DNA of 34,769 nt from Clostridia bacterium (GCA_007133365.1 SLMV01000001.1:1-34769), one strand, 5' to 3'. Shown: positions 18,567 to 28,195, counted from the first letter of the stretch. Notes: a model not told the origin generated them from the sequence alone. Program-made: numbers and translations.

Positions 18567-20780
18567 TCATCGCTTTTTCGATTGTTGTTCATTTTCATGA
18601 TTGCCATCAAGGACCTCTTCAACAAATCGGTGGGCCAAATGTGGGTCAAATTGTCGACCTGCATACTGCAGGATTTCCTCGCGTGCAGCGTGAGGTGGGC
18701 GCGCCGGACGGAACGGGCGTTTTTCGGTCATCGAGGTGTAGGCATCGGCGATTGTTAAAATGCGTGATTCGAGTGGAATATCGGAGCCTTTCAGCCCCAG
18801 GGGATAACCGGAGCCATCCCAGTGCTCATGGTGTTTTAATACAATGTCGGCGATGTCGGACAATTCCGGAACACTGTTGAGGATACGATACCCGATGGCT
18901 GGGTGACGCCGGATTTCCTCAAATTCCTGAGGGGTAAGCGGAGACGGCTTGCGAAGAAGTCCCGGATCGATACCCACCTGTCCAATATCGTGCAACAAAG
19001 CGGCTGTGGCCAACGTGTCCAAGTGTCCATCCGATAACCCAAGGATGCGCCCTAATTCAAGCGCATAAAAGCGGACTCGCTGGGTATGATTTCGGTCCAT
19101 TTCGGATTCCATCCTGGATTGGATGATGGAATCCACGATTGAACGCCTGATCTGATGGCCTTGTGTTAATTTTTGGCGGTACATGTTTTCTTCGGCGCGT
19201 GCCAAGGTCTCCCGGATGTTTACATCGGAGCGCGCTTTGACGTCCCATCCGATGGCGAGGGAAATCACGAGGGGCTCGATGGTCAAGGATTCGGTGTTTT
19301 GATGAATCCGCCGCACCACTTCAGCGGCTTCCTGGTAATCGGTTTTGGGGAGCAGGATAGCGAATTCATCGCCTCCCAGCCGCGCGATGATATCGTCGGC
19401 ACGGCAGGCATTTTTGAGACTGTTGGCTGTCGCCTTCAGAAGTTCGTCCCCCATCGAATGGCCAAAGGCATCATTTGCCAGTTTCAGTCCGTTAATGTCG
19501 GCCATGATGACAGCGAAGGGGAGGTTGCGCGGCGTGTCCAATCGGCGGAGTTCTTCTTCAAAAAAGCGTCGGTTGTATAGACCGGTGAGTTGATCATGAA
19601 AGCTCAAATAGAGAATGTGTTCTTGTTTCTCCTTTTCTAATGTAACGTCACGGAAGATCAGAACAGCGCCTTGGATTTGTCCCGACTCATTACGGATGGG
19701 GGCAATGCTGTCGCTGATGGGGATTTGGGTTCCATCGGCGGCTAGCAACGTAAGATCATCGCTTAATTGAAGAGAACGACCGTCTCTTAAAACGTCTTGG
19801 ACCGGATCGAGCAAGCGCCCGTCCTTATTTCTAACCACAAAAATATCACGAAGCCGATGGTTGAGGGCCTCCTTTTCCGACAACCCGATCAACGTTTCAG
19901 CCTGTTTATTGAGCATCGTGATCTGACCGTAAGCATTGGTGGCGATAAAGGCATCTCCCAACGACTGGATGGTAATTCGCAGGCGTTCTCGTTCCTCGCG
20001 CAATCGAAATTCAATATCCGCTTTATCGATAGCATCGGAAAGAATGTTTGCTAATACCGTTAACAATCGAATCTCTTGTTTGTTCCACGGTTTGGTCTTT
20101 TGAGAGGCAAAGGCCAAAGCCCCTTGAATGGATTCTTCGATGATCATGGGTACTAGGAGGATGGATTGCAATTTAGCCCGTGCCATGTAACCAAGCGCCA
20201 TATCGTCGATTTTACCAACCAAAATTTCCCGATCGCGGATGTGTAAATAACCCTCGTTTAGAAATTGGGTCTCAAACCACGCCGGATCCTTGAGATCGAT
20301 GGTGATCCCCGACATCGCCATTTGGTGAGAGCGACCATGGGTTAACTGCCACCGCTGGCGGTGATCAATCTGAAATAGTAAGCAGGCACCTAGATCTAAG
20401 GTTTGTGTGATATCATGGAGCATTTCGTCGATTTGATTGGAGAGGTGAACGGACGGTTCTTCGCCGAAACGAGTGGACGTTCGACGAAGCAACTCCGAAA
20501 CGGTAAGTTGGCGGCGAAGTTTGTCTCGTACTTGCTTTGTCCGATAGATGAAATAGCTAAACCCAATTAAAACGACGATCAATATAACGGGGAGACTCCA
20601 TTGAAAAGGGGCGATCTCAAGAAGTCCTTCAAACCGAGAAAGGATCGCCATTTGTGAGCTCCCTAGATTGCTTATCACTGGAGGAAAGGTCGATTGAATC
20701 CAAAAAGAGAGAAGAAGTAGCATCCCAATACCCATTTCTTTATCTGCCACCCGGGCCCTTGTGCCGAAAGCCGGTTCCAC
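18567..20780 (-). CDS. Membrane-anchored GAF-PAS-GGDEF-HD-GYP c-di-GMP turnover protein
   Basis: N-terminal TM, GAF (SILLVPM...GALAF), PAS, HDQLTGLYNRR, RADD I-site plus GGDEF, then LHDIG and HHEHWDGSGYP. The start is uncertain (GTG 20780 or ATG 20735). Confidence 0.92.
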   Translation of the reverse strand: MEPAFGTRARVADKEMGIGMLLLLSFWIQSTFPPVISNLGSSQMAILSRFEGLLEIAPFQWSLPVILIVVLIGFSYFIYRTKQVRDKLRRQLTVSELLRRTSTRFGEEPSVHLSNQIDEMLHDITQTLDLGACLLFQIDHRQRWQLTHGRSHQMAMSGITIDLKDPAWFETQFLNEGYLHIRDREILVGKIDDMALGYMARAKLQSILLVPMIIEESIQGALAFASQKTKPWNKQEIRLLTVLANILSDAIDKADIEFRLREERERLRITIQSLGDAFIATNAYGQITMLNKQAETLIGLSEKEALNHRLRDIFVVRNKDGRLLDPVQDVLRDGRSLQLSDDLTLLAADGTQIPISDSIAPIRNESGQIQGAVLIFRDVTLEKEKQEHILYLSFHDQLTGLYNRRFFEEELRRLDTPRNLPFAVIMADINGLKLANDAFGHSMGDELLKATANSLKNACRADDIIARLGGDEFAILLPKTDYQEAAEVVRRIHQNTESLTIEPLVISLAIGWDVKARSDVNIRETLARAEENMYRQKLTQGHQIRRSIVDSIIQSRMESEMDRNHTQRVRFYALELGRILGLSDGHLDTLATAALLHDIGQVGIDPGLLRKPSPLTPQEFEEIRRHPAIGYRILNSVPELSDIADIVLKHHEHWDGSGYPLGLKGSDIPLESRILTIADAYTSMTEKRPFRPARPPHAAREEILQYAGRQFDPHLAHRFVEEVLDGNHENEQQSKKR

Positions 20781-20878
20781 GTTGTCATTGGGCTATGCGA
20801 ACCGCCAATACTAAAGCGAAACCAATCCCCCGAGATAACTAATCGGATCTAATAATGTGAGTCTCGAGTATATAATGA

Positions 20879-20905
20879 ATTCTGCCTTTTTGTTCCAAAT
20901 CCTGC
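20879..20905 (-). promoter_or_regulatory. SigH-type promoter of the GGDEF/HD-GYP gene
   Basis: Minus strand GCAGGATTT-N14-GAAT has the same boxes and spacing as the B. subtilis spoVG SigH promoter as I recall it. Confidence 0.65.
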
Positions 20906-21153
20906 TCTATGGACCATTGATTTATCGTGAAGCAAATGGTGGGGGACACGATCGGACGATGGACGGTCCGGCCGGTATATCGTCGGTCGACGAGCGTTTC
21001 TCGCCAAGGGCTCTCGGATTTTGCCTCAAGATGTTCACGGGAAGTTGAGAGGTGAACCGGCGTTCCCGCGGATATAGGCAATGGAGGAGAGATGGTCATC
21101 CTTACGGTCTTGGGGATCTGTGGCAACGGTTTCGTTCGCTGCACTTGCAACAC

Positions 21154-21243
21154 TTACTCCAACGAACGGACCGAGCCTTCGTCATTTCCTGAAAAATGAT
21201 GATGGAAAACGGCGAAGTCGATTCTGACCTGATATTGGATCAT
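21154..21243 (-). CDS. Small ORF (29 aa) or 5' remnant of a pseudogene
   Basis: AAGGAG lies 7 nt before the ATG. Product MIQYQVRIDFAVFHHHFSGNDEGSVRSLE*. The same frame stays open after the TAA down to 20839. Confidence 0.3.
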   Translation of the reverse strand: MIQYQVRIDFAVFHHHFSGNDEGSVRSLE

Positions 21244-21385
21244 CGCTTTTCTCCTTAGATGGTCACACCCTGTATTGCTATCTTGCCATGTACAATCCGC
21301 CAACTCTTCAAGAAGACATAGTCCTTAACGCTCATGCTTTCTTTCGTTCGCGTGTTTTTGGGAGACTCTCGAAGATTCCCTCACG

Positions 21386-22272
21386 CTACCGAGGGTTCTC
21401 TGGGATGTGATCCGGTGAATCGCCCGTGGTTTGATCTTGAAGGTGTGGGCAGGGAGTGGCCATCCATTGCCAGGAAAAGAGCGTGACGGCGAGCATCAAT
21501 CCGGCGTGAATAGCGGTGTCCAAAGAGGCCGACACGGAGGGCGTCAATTCCCCGGCGACGTTGCCCAAACCATGAAAGAGAAGCGGGGCAAAGGTCACGC
21601 GGCCGGCAGCATTGTAGAACCATCTATACAGGGGCGAGCTGATGATGGCGAGGTGGAACGCCCAGAAAGCCCAAGTCCCAAGGCCTAGCCCGTGCTGATA
21701 GGTCCCCGGCAAAAAAACAGAGGAAGATGCCAGACTGCCCAAAAAATACCAATTGATAGGGCGGCGAGGGCGATAGGAAAATGCCGTTGGAGTGCTTCTT
21801 GAGCATAGCCGCGCCAACCGATTTCCTCTAAAGCACCGATGACCAGACCGACCAAAATGAAGGAAATTGTACCAACCTCAAACCATTTATCATTGTGGCT
21901 AACCATCCATTCCCAAAGGACCGGCGCGAAAACCAACACAGCCACCAAACCGATAATTCTTAAATACCAATGCCCGGAAAGGGTGAAAGGATTTAGGGAG
22001 CGAAGGATGAAAGAAATTCCCGAAAGGTCCATCCTTAAGTCCCAGCGATCGAAAATGATCAAAAGAACGGCGATGATGAGGGGGTCAAGGCCACCCAATA
22101 AAGAAAACAGGGCGGCAGGGAAATTGAGCCAAGGCTATCCACGGTAGTAAGCAGCCCCAAAGAAAAACCATGACCATCCCAACGTTCCGAACAAATATAA
22201 CCAAGGAGCCGGTGCTTTGGATGGGCTCGGTTCCGGTTGTTGCTTCCTGCGCTTGAGGGATATCGTTTTCAT
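21386..22272 (-). pseudogene. CPBP / CAAX (Abi) intramembrane metalloprotease pseudogene
   Basis: ATG 22272 (RBS AAGGGG), in-frame TAG at 22135-22137, then EEIGWRGY and WAVWHLPLF. A frameshift in the T7 run (21711-21717) leads into LPGTYQ...LFHGLGN. Confidence 0.88.
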
Positions 22273-22506
22273 GATTGTTCTACCCCTTACAACGTTATCG
22301 ATACGGGGGGTTCGGGCTCGTTGAAATCGGATCGAGCATGGATTCTTCCAACCTTTGGATTGGGTGCTTCGCGTTTCATTTCAGTCCTCGAAAACTTTCA
22401 GCGATATGCGCGCAAGATCTTTTAGTCTTTAGGTTCGAGCGTTGAAGTTTGATTCCGTTGTTCAAACGGTGTTGCTGTTCGAATATTCGTAGAGAGTATG
22501 CCACAC

Positions 22507-22541
22507 AAAAACAGGGCTCCCGAAGATCGGGAGCCCTGTTT
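22507..22541 (-). terminator. Intrinsic terminator of the desuccinylase/aspartoacylase gene
   Basis: AAACAGGGCTCCCGA / TCGGGAGCCCTGTTT is a perfect inverted repeat with a T-run on the minus strand. Confidence 0.9.
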
Positions 22542-22560
22542 GAAGCTGATTTGACGGTTC

Positions 22561-23598
22561 TTAGAAGTCCAGCTCGACGGTTTCGACGAGTTGACCCAAG
22601 TTACCGAGCCACTTCCACTGGCCAGCGGTCGGCCAGGTTAGTCCGGTGTTGAGCACAATACCCGAATTCGGGCAGAGAATTTCGCCGGTTTTCTCTCCGG
22701 TCAACGGATCGTAAACGGTGGCGAAGACGTCGCCTTCTTCTAGGTGGTCGCCCCACTGGAAGTCACGAATGAAGATACCGGCTTGAGTACCGGACCAGAT
22801 CTCTTCATCGCCGGCGTCGTAAATCTCGGCAACGTCGGACTCGGTCTCGATCTTACCTTCGAGCATGCCGAGGAGAATCATGACGTTCTTGATGCCACGG
22901 ACGCAGACTTGTATTTGGTCGTTACCGACGAAGTGATAGTTTTCTTTCTCTTCGTTATACTCATACCACGCACTACCGCCGCCGACCTCGGGGGTGATGG
23001 ACGGAACGCCCATGTCAACGGCTGCATCTTTGAGGCCGCCGCCCCAGCGCTTGGGTCGCTTACGGAAGATTTGCTTAAGACCAAATGCCAAGGCCATTTG
23101 TTTCGACTTTTCGATAACCTCGGGTTCACCATGTTCGCCCGGATAAATGGTGTACCAGACCAGGCCTTCTCCACCGCCGGAGTGCATATCGATGACGGCG
23201 TCAGCCTTGGTGACGAGCTCGTTAATGTACATCCAGGCCAACTGAGCCGTGGGGGAACCTTCGAGGCTAGCATCATCGGCGTTACGGTTTAAGTTCTCAC
23301 CGTCCCAATACGTGCGGCGACTGGTAAATTCAAAAGCCGATGTGTTGGCAACGGGAACGGCGATCAGGGTGCCCTTAAGATCTTTTGGATCGATTTCGCG
23401 AAGAATTTGGCCCAAGGCGAAGGTGCCGATGGCTTCCGCGCCGTGAACGGCGGAGCTGGCCAGCAGGACGGGCCCGTCCTCTGCCCCTCGCACTATGTTG
23501 ATAGGAATGTGAATCGGAATACCGGAAATCGTCTTGGAACTTTGAAGGTAACCAAATGCCTTTTCACCTGGGCCTGCTTCGATGTCTCGAATCTTCAT
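22561..23598 (-). CDS. Succinylglutamate desuccinylase / aspartoacylase family (M14 clan) Zn hydrolase
   Basis: HGAE, G.LIAVPVAN, NLNR, IDMHSG and TPEVGG motifs plus a C-terminal barrel-sandwich segment. RBS AAGGAGG. Confidence 0.9.
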   Translation of the reverse strand: MKIRDIEAGPGEKAFGYLQSSKTISGIPIHIPINIVRGAEDGPVLLASSAVHGAEAIGTFALGQILREIDPKDLKGTLIAVPVANTSAFEFTSRRTYWDGENLNRNADDASLEGSPTAQLAWMYINELVTKADAVIDMHSGGGEGLVWYTIYPGEHGEPEVIEKSKQMALAFGLKQIFRKRPKRWGGGLKDAAVDMGVPSITPEVGGGSAWYEYNEEKENYHFVGNDQIQVCVRGIKNVMILLGMLEGKIETESDVAEIYDAGDEEIWSGTQAGIFIRDFQWGDHLEEGDVFATVYDPLTGEKTGEILCPNSGIVLNTGLTWPTAGQWKWLGNLGQLVETVELDF

Positions 23599-23885
23599 AT
23601 ACTTCTCTCCTCCTTCTAAAGATGTTGTATTGCCTCCGAGACCTATTTAGGTCTCGGGGTTTCCACACCGGGGGATAAACCCGCCGATGTTGAACCCGAG
23701 GATGTTGAACATTGTCAGGGGGAACATGCCTCCCGGACCGGCATAAACATAAAGCAATCCTGCCGAAGAGCAGGAAATTGTAGCTCCGGTTACTAACTAC
23801 TTCTACAGGTGAATGAAATACACCTGCTCGCGGATTGATATTCGAACGACGAATCGTTAGGCGATTTACGCCGATCACTCACTAT
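23599..23885 (-). promoter_or_regulatory. Long structured 5' leader (candidate cis-regulatory RNA)
   Basis: A run of hairpins between a possible promoter (TTGACG near 23914-23919) and the RBS. Several G-U pairs and a cUUCGg loop favour the minus strand. Confidence 0.4.
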
Positions 23886-24389
23886 TCCAACAGTATCATG
23901 TTAAATTCCTTGGCGTCAAGACGATTCGATTAAAACAGTAAAGATAAAATAATATTTGAAAGATTATACTGTATAAACCGTTTAGTATATGGGGATATCG
24001 TTAACTGTCAGAAGGCAATGATCAAGCCGAAAGGAACGGCGATGTTAATTTGCGCGGATGTCAGTGTTGGGGGCAATTTCCGTTCAGGATTGACAATTTT
24101 TACCGTCGCACAGCCCGTCCGATGGGGTGCGCGCTGTATTTTGGGCCGATATCGGAGCATGAACGCCGCTGACAATTCCATGCGTCGTCGTTTAACCTGA
24201 CGCTACCAAGTATCGATCACCGCAATGAAGCCGGGTTTCGAACGGGGGGTTTAGAATGGGTTTGAAGGCATTGCGGAAGAAAACGATCTCGGGCCGGATT
24301 GTTGGAGCGATGGAGTTGAAGGGGTAACCGGTATTGATGACCATTTCGTCGCGGTGAGTCGCTGGACTCACGGATGGGAGGAAAAGAGG

Positions 24390-26090
24390 GTGACAGACAA
24401 ACTGGCGCTAAATTTTGATCGGTATTATCAATATGCGGAACTGACCGAATTTTTGGAGACGGCATGCCGAGAATATCCAGATCTCGCCCGATTGGAGTCG
24501 ATTGGCCGTTCGTTTGAGGGACGCGATATTTGGTTACTAACCATTACACAGCAAGGGCAGCGGTGCCCCGAAGACAAACCGGCCATTTTCGTTGACGGCA
24601 ATACGCATGCTCCGGAAGTAACCGGAACCATGGTTTGCCTCTATCTGATCGAACAGTTGTTGAAAAAATATCAGCAAGATGATACCGTGACCTACCTGCT
24701 CGATACCCGGACATTCTATATTGTGCCTCGCGTCAATCCCGATGGGGCCGAGCGGTTTTTGACGTCACCCGACATCATCTATCGGACGTCGCGTCCGAAT
24801 CCAGATTTTTATCGGGAACCTAATCATCTTTATCCTTGTGATGTCAACGGGGACGGTGAGCTGTTGACCATGCGGGTGAAAGATCCCAACGGCACCCATC
24901 GCGTTTCCGAGCTTGATGAACGCCTGATGATACCCCGTGAACCGGGTGAAATTGGCGCGACCTATTACATGTTGTATCCGGAAGGAAGCATCCATGCCTA
25001 CGATGGCGGCGAAATCCGCCTGGGTAAGTCGCCGTGGAGTGCCGATGTGAACCGCAATTTCCCGGCGCACTGGAGTCCCGAGCAGGATGGTTCGGGTCCC
25101 TACCCGGTATCGGAACCGGAAACGCGAGCACTGGTCGAATTTATTACGTCGCACCCGAATATTGCCACCATGCAATCCTACCACACAAGAGGCGGCATTA
25201 TCCTTCGCCCGTCGGCGTATTCTCCGGATGATGCGCTTGATCCGGATGATATTCGATTGTTTGAGACCATTGGTCGCTTAGGGAGCGATCTCACCGGATA
25301 TCCGGTGATGTCCATTTACCACGGTTTTACCCAGGATCCAAAGCAGGCCCGGCGGGGTGTTTCGCTTGATTGGGCTTACGAACATGAGGGACTTCTAGCC
25401 TATTCCATCGAGCTGTGGGACAAATATGCTCAAGCTGGAATTGCGGCGAAAGAACAACAACAAAATGAACCGATTCCCGAAGAAGATCAGGTGGCGCTTT
25501 TGCGGTGGACCGACGAAGAGGAGCTTAACGCCTTCGTTGATTGGCATGAATTTGACCATCCCCAGTTGGGCCGGGTTGAATTGGGTGGCTTTAAGCAGAA
25601 AACCTTTGATATCAACGTCCCTTTCACGTTCCTTTCGTCCGAGTGCGAAAAGAATGTCCGATTTCTCGTTCGACAAGCACTGGTGACTCCGTGCTTGGAA
25701 CTTTTCGGCCCCCAAGTACGGCAGGTGGAAGCCCATACGTATCGGATCACCTTGGATATACAAAATACGGGTTACTTGCCGACTCATGTGACCCAACAAG
25801 CCCTAAAGAATGGTCGGGTGAAACCGGTTGAGGTTACCCTTGATGGCGTGGGATTTGAGTATGTCGAAGGTGCGAAGGTTCAGGTTCTCGGTCACTTGGG
25901 CGGTTACGGTCAGGGGGGGCGTCGAGGCTTTAGTGGACCTACGGGACACCGGCGGCGCGTCAGTTGGGTCGTAAAGGGCGCTCCGAAGGACATGCGGCTG
26001 GATTTTAACGTGGCATCGCATCGGGCCGGGCTCCTCCGGCATCAGGTGGCACTCGAATCCCTCCTGAGCGAGGATGGAGCGTTGACTTGA
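24390..26090 (+). CDS. M14 family zinc carboxypeptidase
   Basis: SIGRSFEGR.I, DGNTHAPE, PRVNPDG, DVNRNFP, SEPET, SYHT and IELW motifs. GTG start at 24390. No signal peptide evident. Confidence 0.92.
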   Translation: MTDKLALNFDRYYQYAELTEFLETACREYPDLARLESIGRSFEGRDIWLLTITQQGQRCPEDKPAIFVDGNTHAPEVTGTMVCLYLIEQLLKKYQQDDTVTYLLDTRTFYIVPRVNPDGAERFLTSPDIIYRTSRPNPDFYREPNHLYPCDVNGDGELLTMRVKDPNGTHRVSELDERLMIPREPGEIGATYYMLYPEGSIHAYDGGEIRLGKSPWSADVNRNFPAHWSPEQDGSGPYPVSEPETRALVEFITSHPNIATMQSYHTRGGIILRPSAYSPDDALDPDDIRLFETIGRLGSDLTGYPVMSIYHGFTQDPKQARRGVSLDWAYEHEGLLAYSIELWDKYAQAGIAAKEQQQNEPIPEEDQVALLRWTDEEELNAFVDWHEFDHPQLGRVELGGFKQKTFDINVPFTFLSSECEKNVRFLVRQALVTPCLELFGPQVRQVEAHTYRITLDIQNTGYLPTHVTQQALKNGRVKPVEVTLDGVGFEYVEGAKVQVLGHLGGYGQGGRRGFSGPTGHRRRVSWVVKGAPKDMRLDFNVASHRAGLLRHQVALESLLSEDGALT

Positions 26091-26602
26091 AAGCGATGAA
26101 AGTGGCAGAGGCGTAACGTCCTTTTATTTCGATCATCGACCGATAAGTGGGGGCGTCCAGGTGGCATTGACCGGCGCCCCTCAGTTTTCCTAAGCGCCCT
26201 CTTGGGGGCAGATCAATTTCAAATATTGGACCGGATCCGATGGTCGGATCACCAAAGGTCAGACGTAATCAGAATTTCGAAGCCGCGCCGATAGCTGGTG
26301 CCGGTCTTTTCTGATTGGAAATGTAAGCGATGAAGCGAAACGCCAAATCGCAAAATGACAAGCACGCTTTGATTCTGAGAGGACGTGCCGATGAAATCGG
26401 ATTTGGAAGGGGCAAACATAGTGAATACGTAGGATGCTCTTCCATTAAGCGATCGTGATCAGCCGCCGTCCAACGGGTGCGATGGTTCGCGTTTCGATCA
26501 TCTCGTTTGATGGAAGTCCAAAGGGGCTTATCAACGCAGCGGGTCATGGTTGCATCCTTTTTGAAGGGATGCGGATGACAAGAATCCTTTGGCGGTAAGC
26601 GG

Positions 26603-28195
26603 TTAGTCATGGGGGTATCGTTCGCTGATGACGTCCAAAATAGCAGACTGGAGATGATGGATGTTGATGGGCTTTATCAGCAGACGATCAAATCCCGCTT
26701 CGTAGACCTCTTCGATTTGTGCGGTGAGGCTGTATCCTGTAATTGCAATGAGCGGGATGTCCTTGTGCTCGGGATATTCTCGCATTTTTTGGGCAAAATG
26801 GCATCCGGACATGTCGGGCAGTGTTAAATCACATAGGATGACATCCGGCTTTGATTCCAAAAGTGCTTGAAGTCCATCGCCACCGGAATAGGCAACGCGC
26901 GCTTCGAATTGGAGGAGGCCGAGGAGTTCGGAGAAACTTAGTGCGAGCTCCCGGTTGTCATCGATGATGAGCACATGGTATCGGCGATGTTTAGATGAAG
27001 GGGAGTCCGGGCATTCTTTTGAGTCGGTCGTCTGGCTGTTGACCAGCGGCAGTTCGATAATGAATTTTGCCCCTTTCGCATTTTTGGGGTTTTCGGCCCA
27101 GATTTTCCCCGAATGCTGGCAGACGAGATCCCGAGCCAGTGCCAAACCGAGCCCGAGTCCGGCCGGTCGCTCCTTTTGTTGACCGGGTATTTGGATGAAC
27201 GGTTGGAAAATGGCATCTTTTAGGGAGTCCGGGATGCCGATGCCGGTATCACGCACGATGAGGCGGGCGACGCCTTTCGCTTTATCATCCGCGAGCGTGA
27301 TGGTCACGGTTCCTCCAGTTGGAGTGAATTTATGAGCGTTTTGCAAAAGATTGCCGATGACTTGCCCCATCCGCGCAGGATCCACATCGGCCCAAACCGG
27401 TTGTTTAGGCAGATTTGTCTTCACTTTCAGCGCTTTTTTGTAAAAAGAAGGCCGTAAACCCTGCACAGCATTTTGTACCAGCTGACGAAGATCCTGCCTT
27501 TCTCGTTCCAACTGAAGTTGATTTTGCTTGATCCGATTGATATCGAGAAGATCGTGAATGAGGTAGTTGACCTGCTCGATTTGTCGTTCAATCGTTGTGA
27601 GGGCGCGCCCGGTTTGGGCGGAGTGAGGCACGGTATGGTTTAGAATCTCGACACTATTGACCAAAGGGGTTAGGGTATTTCGAAGTTCGTGGCCCAAAGT
27701 GGCGATAAAGACATCCTTGCTCCGATCGGCTTCTTGGAGTTGGTCAGCCAATTGCCGATGTTGCTGTTCACTTTGTCGAACCGCATCTTCTGCTTTTTTT
27801 CGTTTCGTCATGTCTTTTATGACGATGGCGAGATGCTTTTCGGATACTTTGGATAGGATGACGAGTACCCACTGATCGGGACGTCCCCCGACGCCTTCGT
27901 AATATTGCGGAACGCCGGTATCAAGCACTTTGTCCCCGCGGGCTGCCCAAAGGGTCTCCGAGCCTTGATACGCGGTGACCTCGGATAGCAAACGTCCACG
28001 CGTATCCTGGTATTCGCGTCGATATTGCTGAAGATAAGCAGGATTGGCATCCAAAATCCGGATGTCGGCGGGCTGTCCTGCCGCGTCATGGACGATGGTA
28101 CCGATCAAAATTCCATCGGCCATGCTCAGAAAAAGATTTCGATATAGCGAATTGCGGATCGGACCGCTGTTTGGTGTCTCGCTATCAGGGGGCAT
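26603..28195 (-). CDS. Cytoplasmic hybrid histidine kinase (PAS-HisKA-HATPase-REC)
   Basis: HELRN H-box, NLLQNAHKFT, DTGIGI, FQPF and GLGLGL motifs. Receiver with IIDD, CDLTLPD and KP. Start is ATG 28195 or TTG 28207. Confidence 0.92.
   Translation of the reverse strand: MPPDSETPNSGPIRNSLYRNLFLSMADGILIGTIVHDAAGQPADIRILDANPAYLQQYRREYQDTRGRLLSEVTAYQGSETLWAARGDKVLDTGVPQYYEGVGGRPDQWVLVILSKVSEKHLAIVIKDMTKRKKAEDAVRQSEQQHRQLADQLQEADRSKDVFIATLGHELRNTLTPLVNSVEILNHTVPHSAQTGRALTTIERQIEQVNYLIHDLLDINRIKQNQLQLERERQDLRQLVQNAVQGLRPSFYKKALKVKTNLPKQPVWADVDPARMGQVIGNLLQNAHKFTPTGGTVTITLADDKAKGVARLIVRDTGIGIPDSLKDAIFQPFIQIPGQQKERPAGLGLGLALARDLVCQHSGKIWAENPKNAKGAKFIIELPLVNSQTTDSKECPDSPSSKHRRYHVLIIDDNRELALSFSELLGLLQFEARVAYSGGDGLQALLESKPDVILCDLTLPDMSGCHFAQKMREYPEHKDIPLIAITGYSLTAQIEEVYEAGFDRLLIKPINIHHLQSAILDVISERYPHD

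Noticed and set aside
23660-23685. CACACCGGGGGATAAACCCG resembles the 3' part of the ykkC/guanidine-I motif, and minus-strand GGTGTGGAAACC resembles a T-box
   Set aside because: The ykkC-like text is on the wrong strand for the adjacent gene and lacks the 5' half. The T-box spacing is wrong and no terminator follows.
26269-26610. 113-aa ORF overlapping the hybrid kinase stop
   Set aside because: It has no recognisable motif and an atypical composition. A small protein from the internal ATG cannot be excluded but is unsupported.
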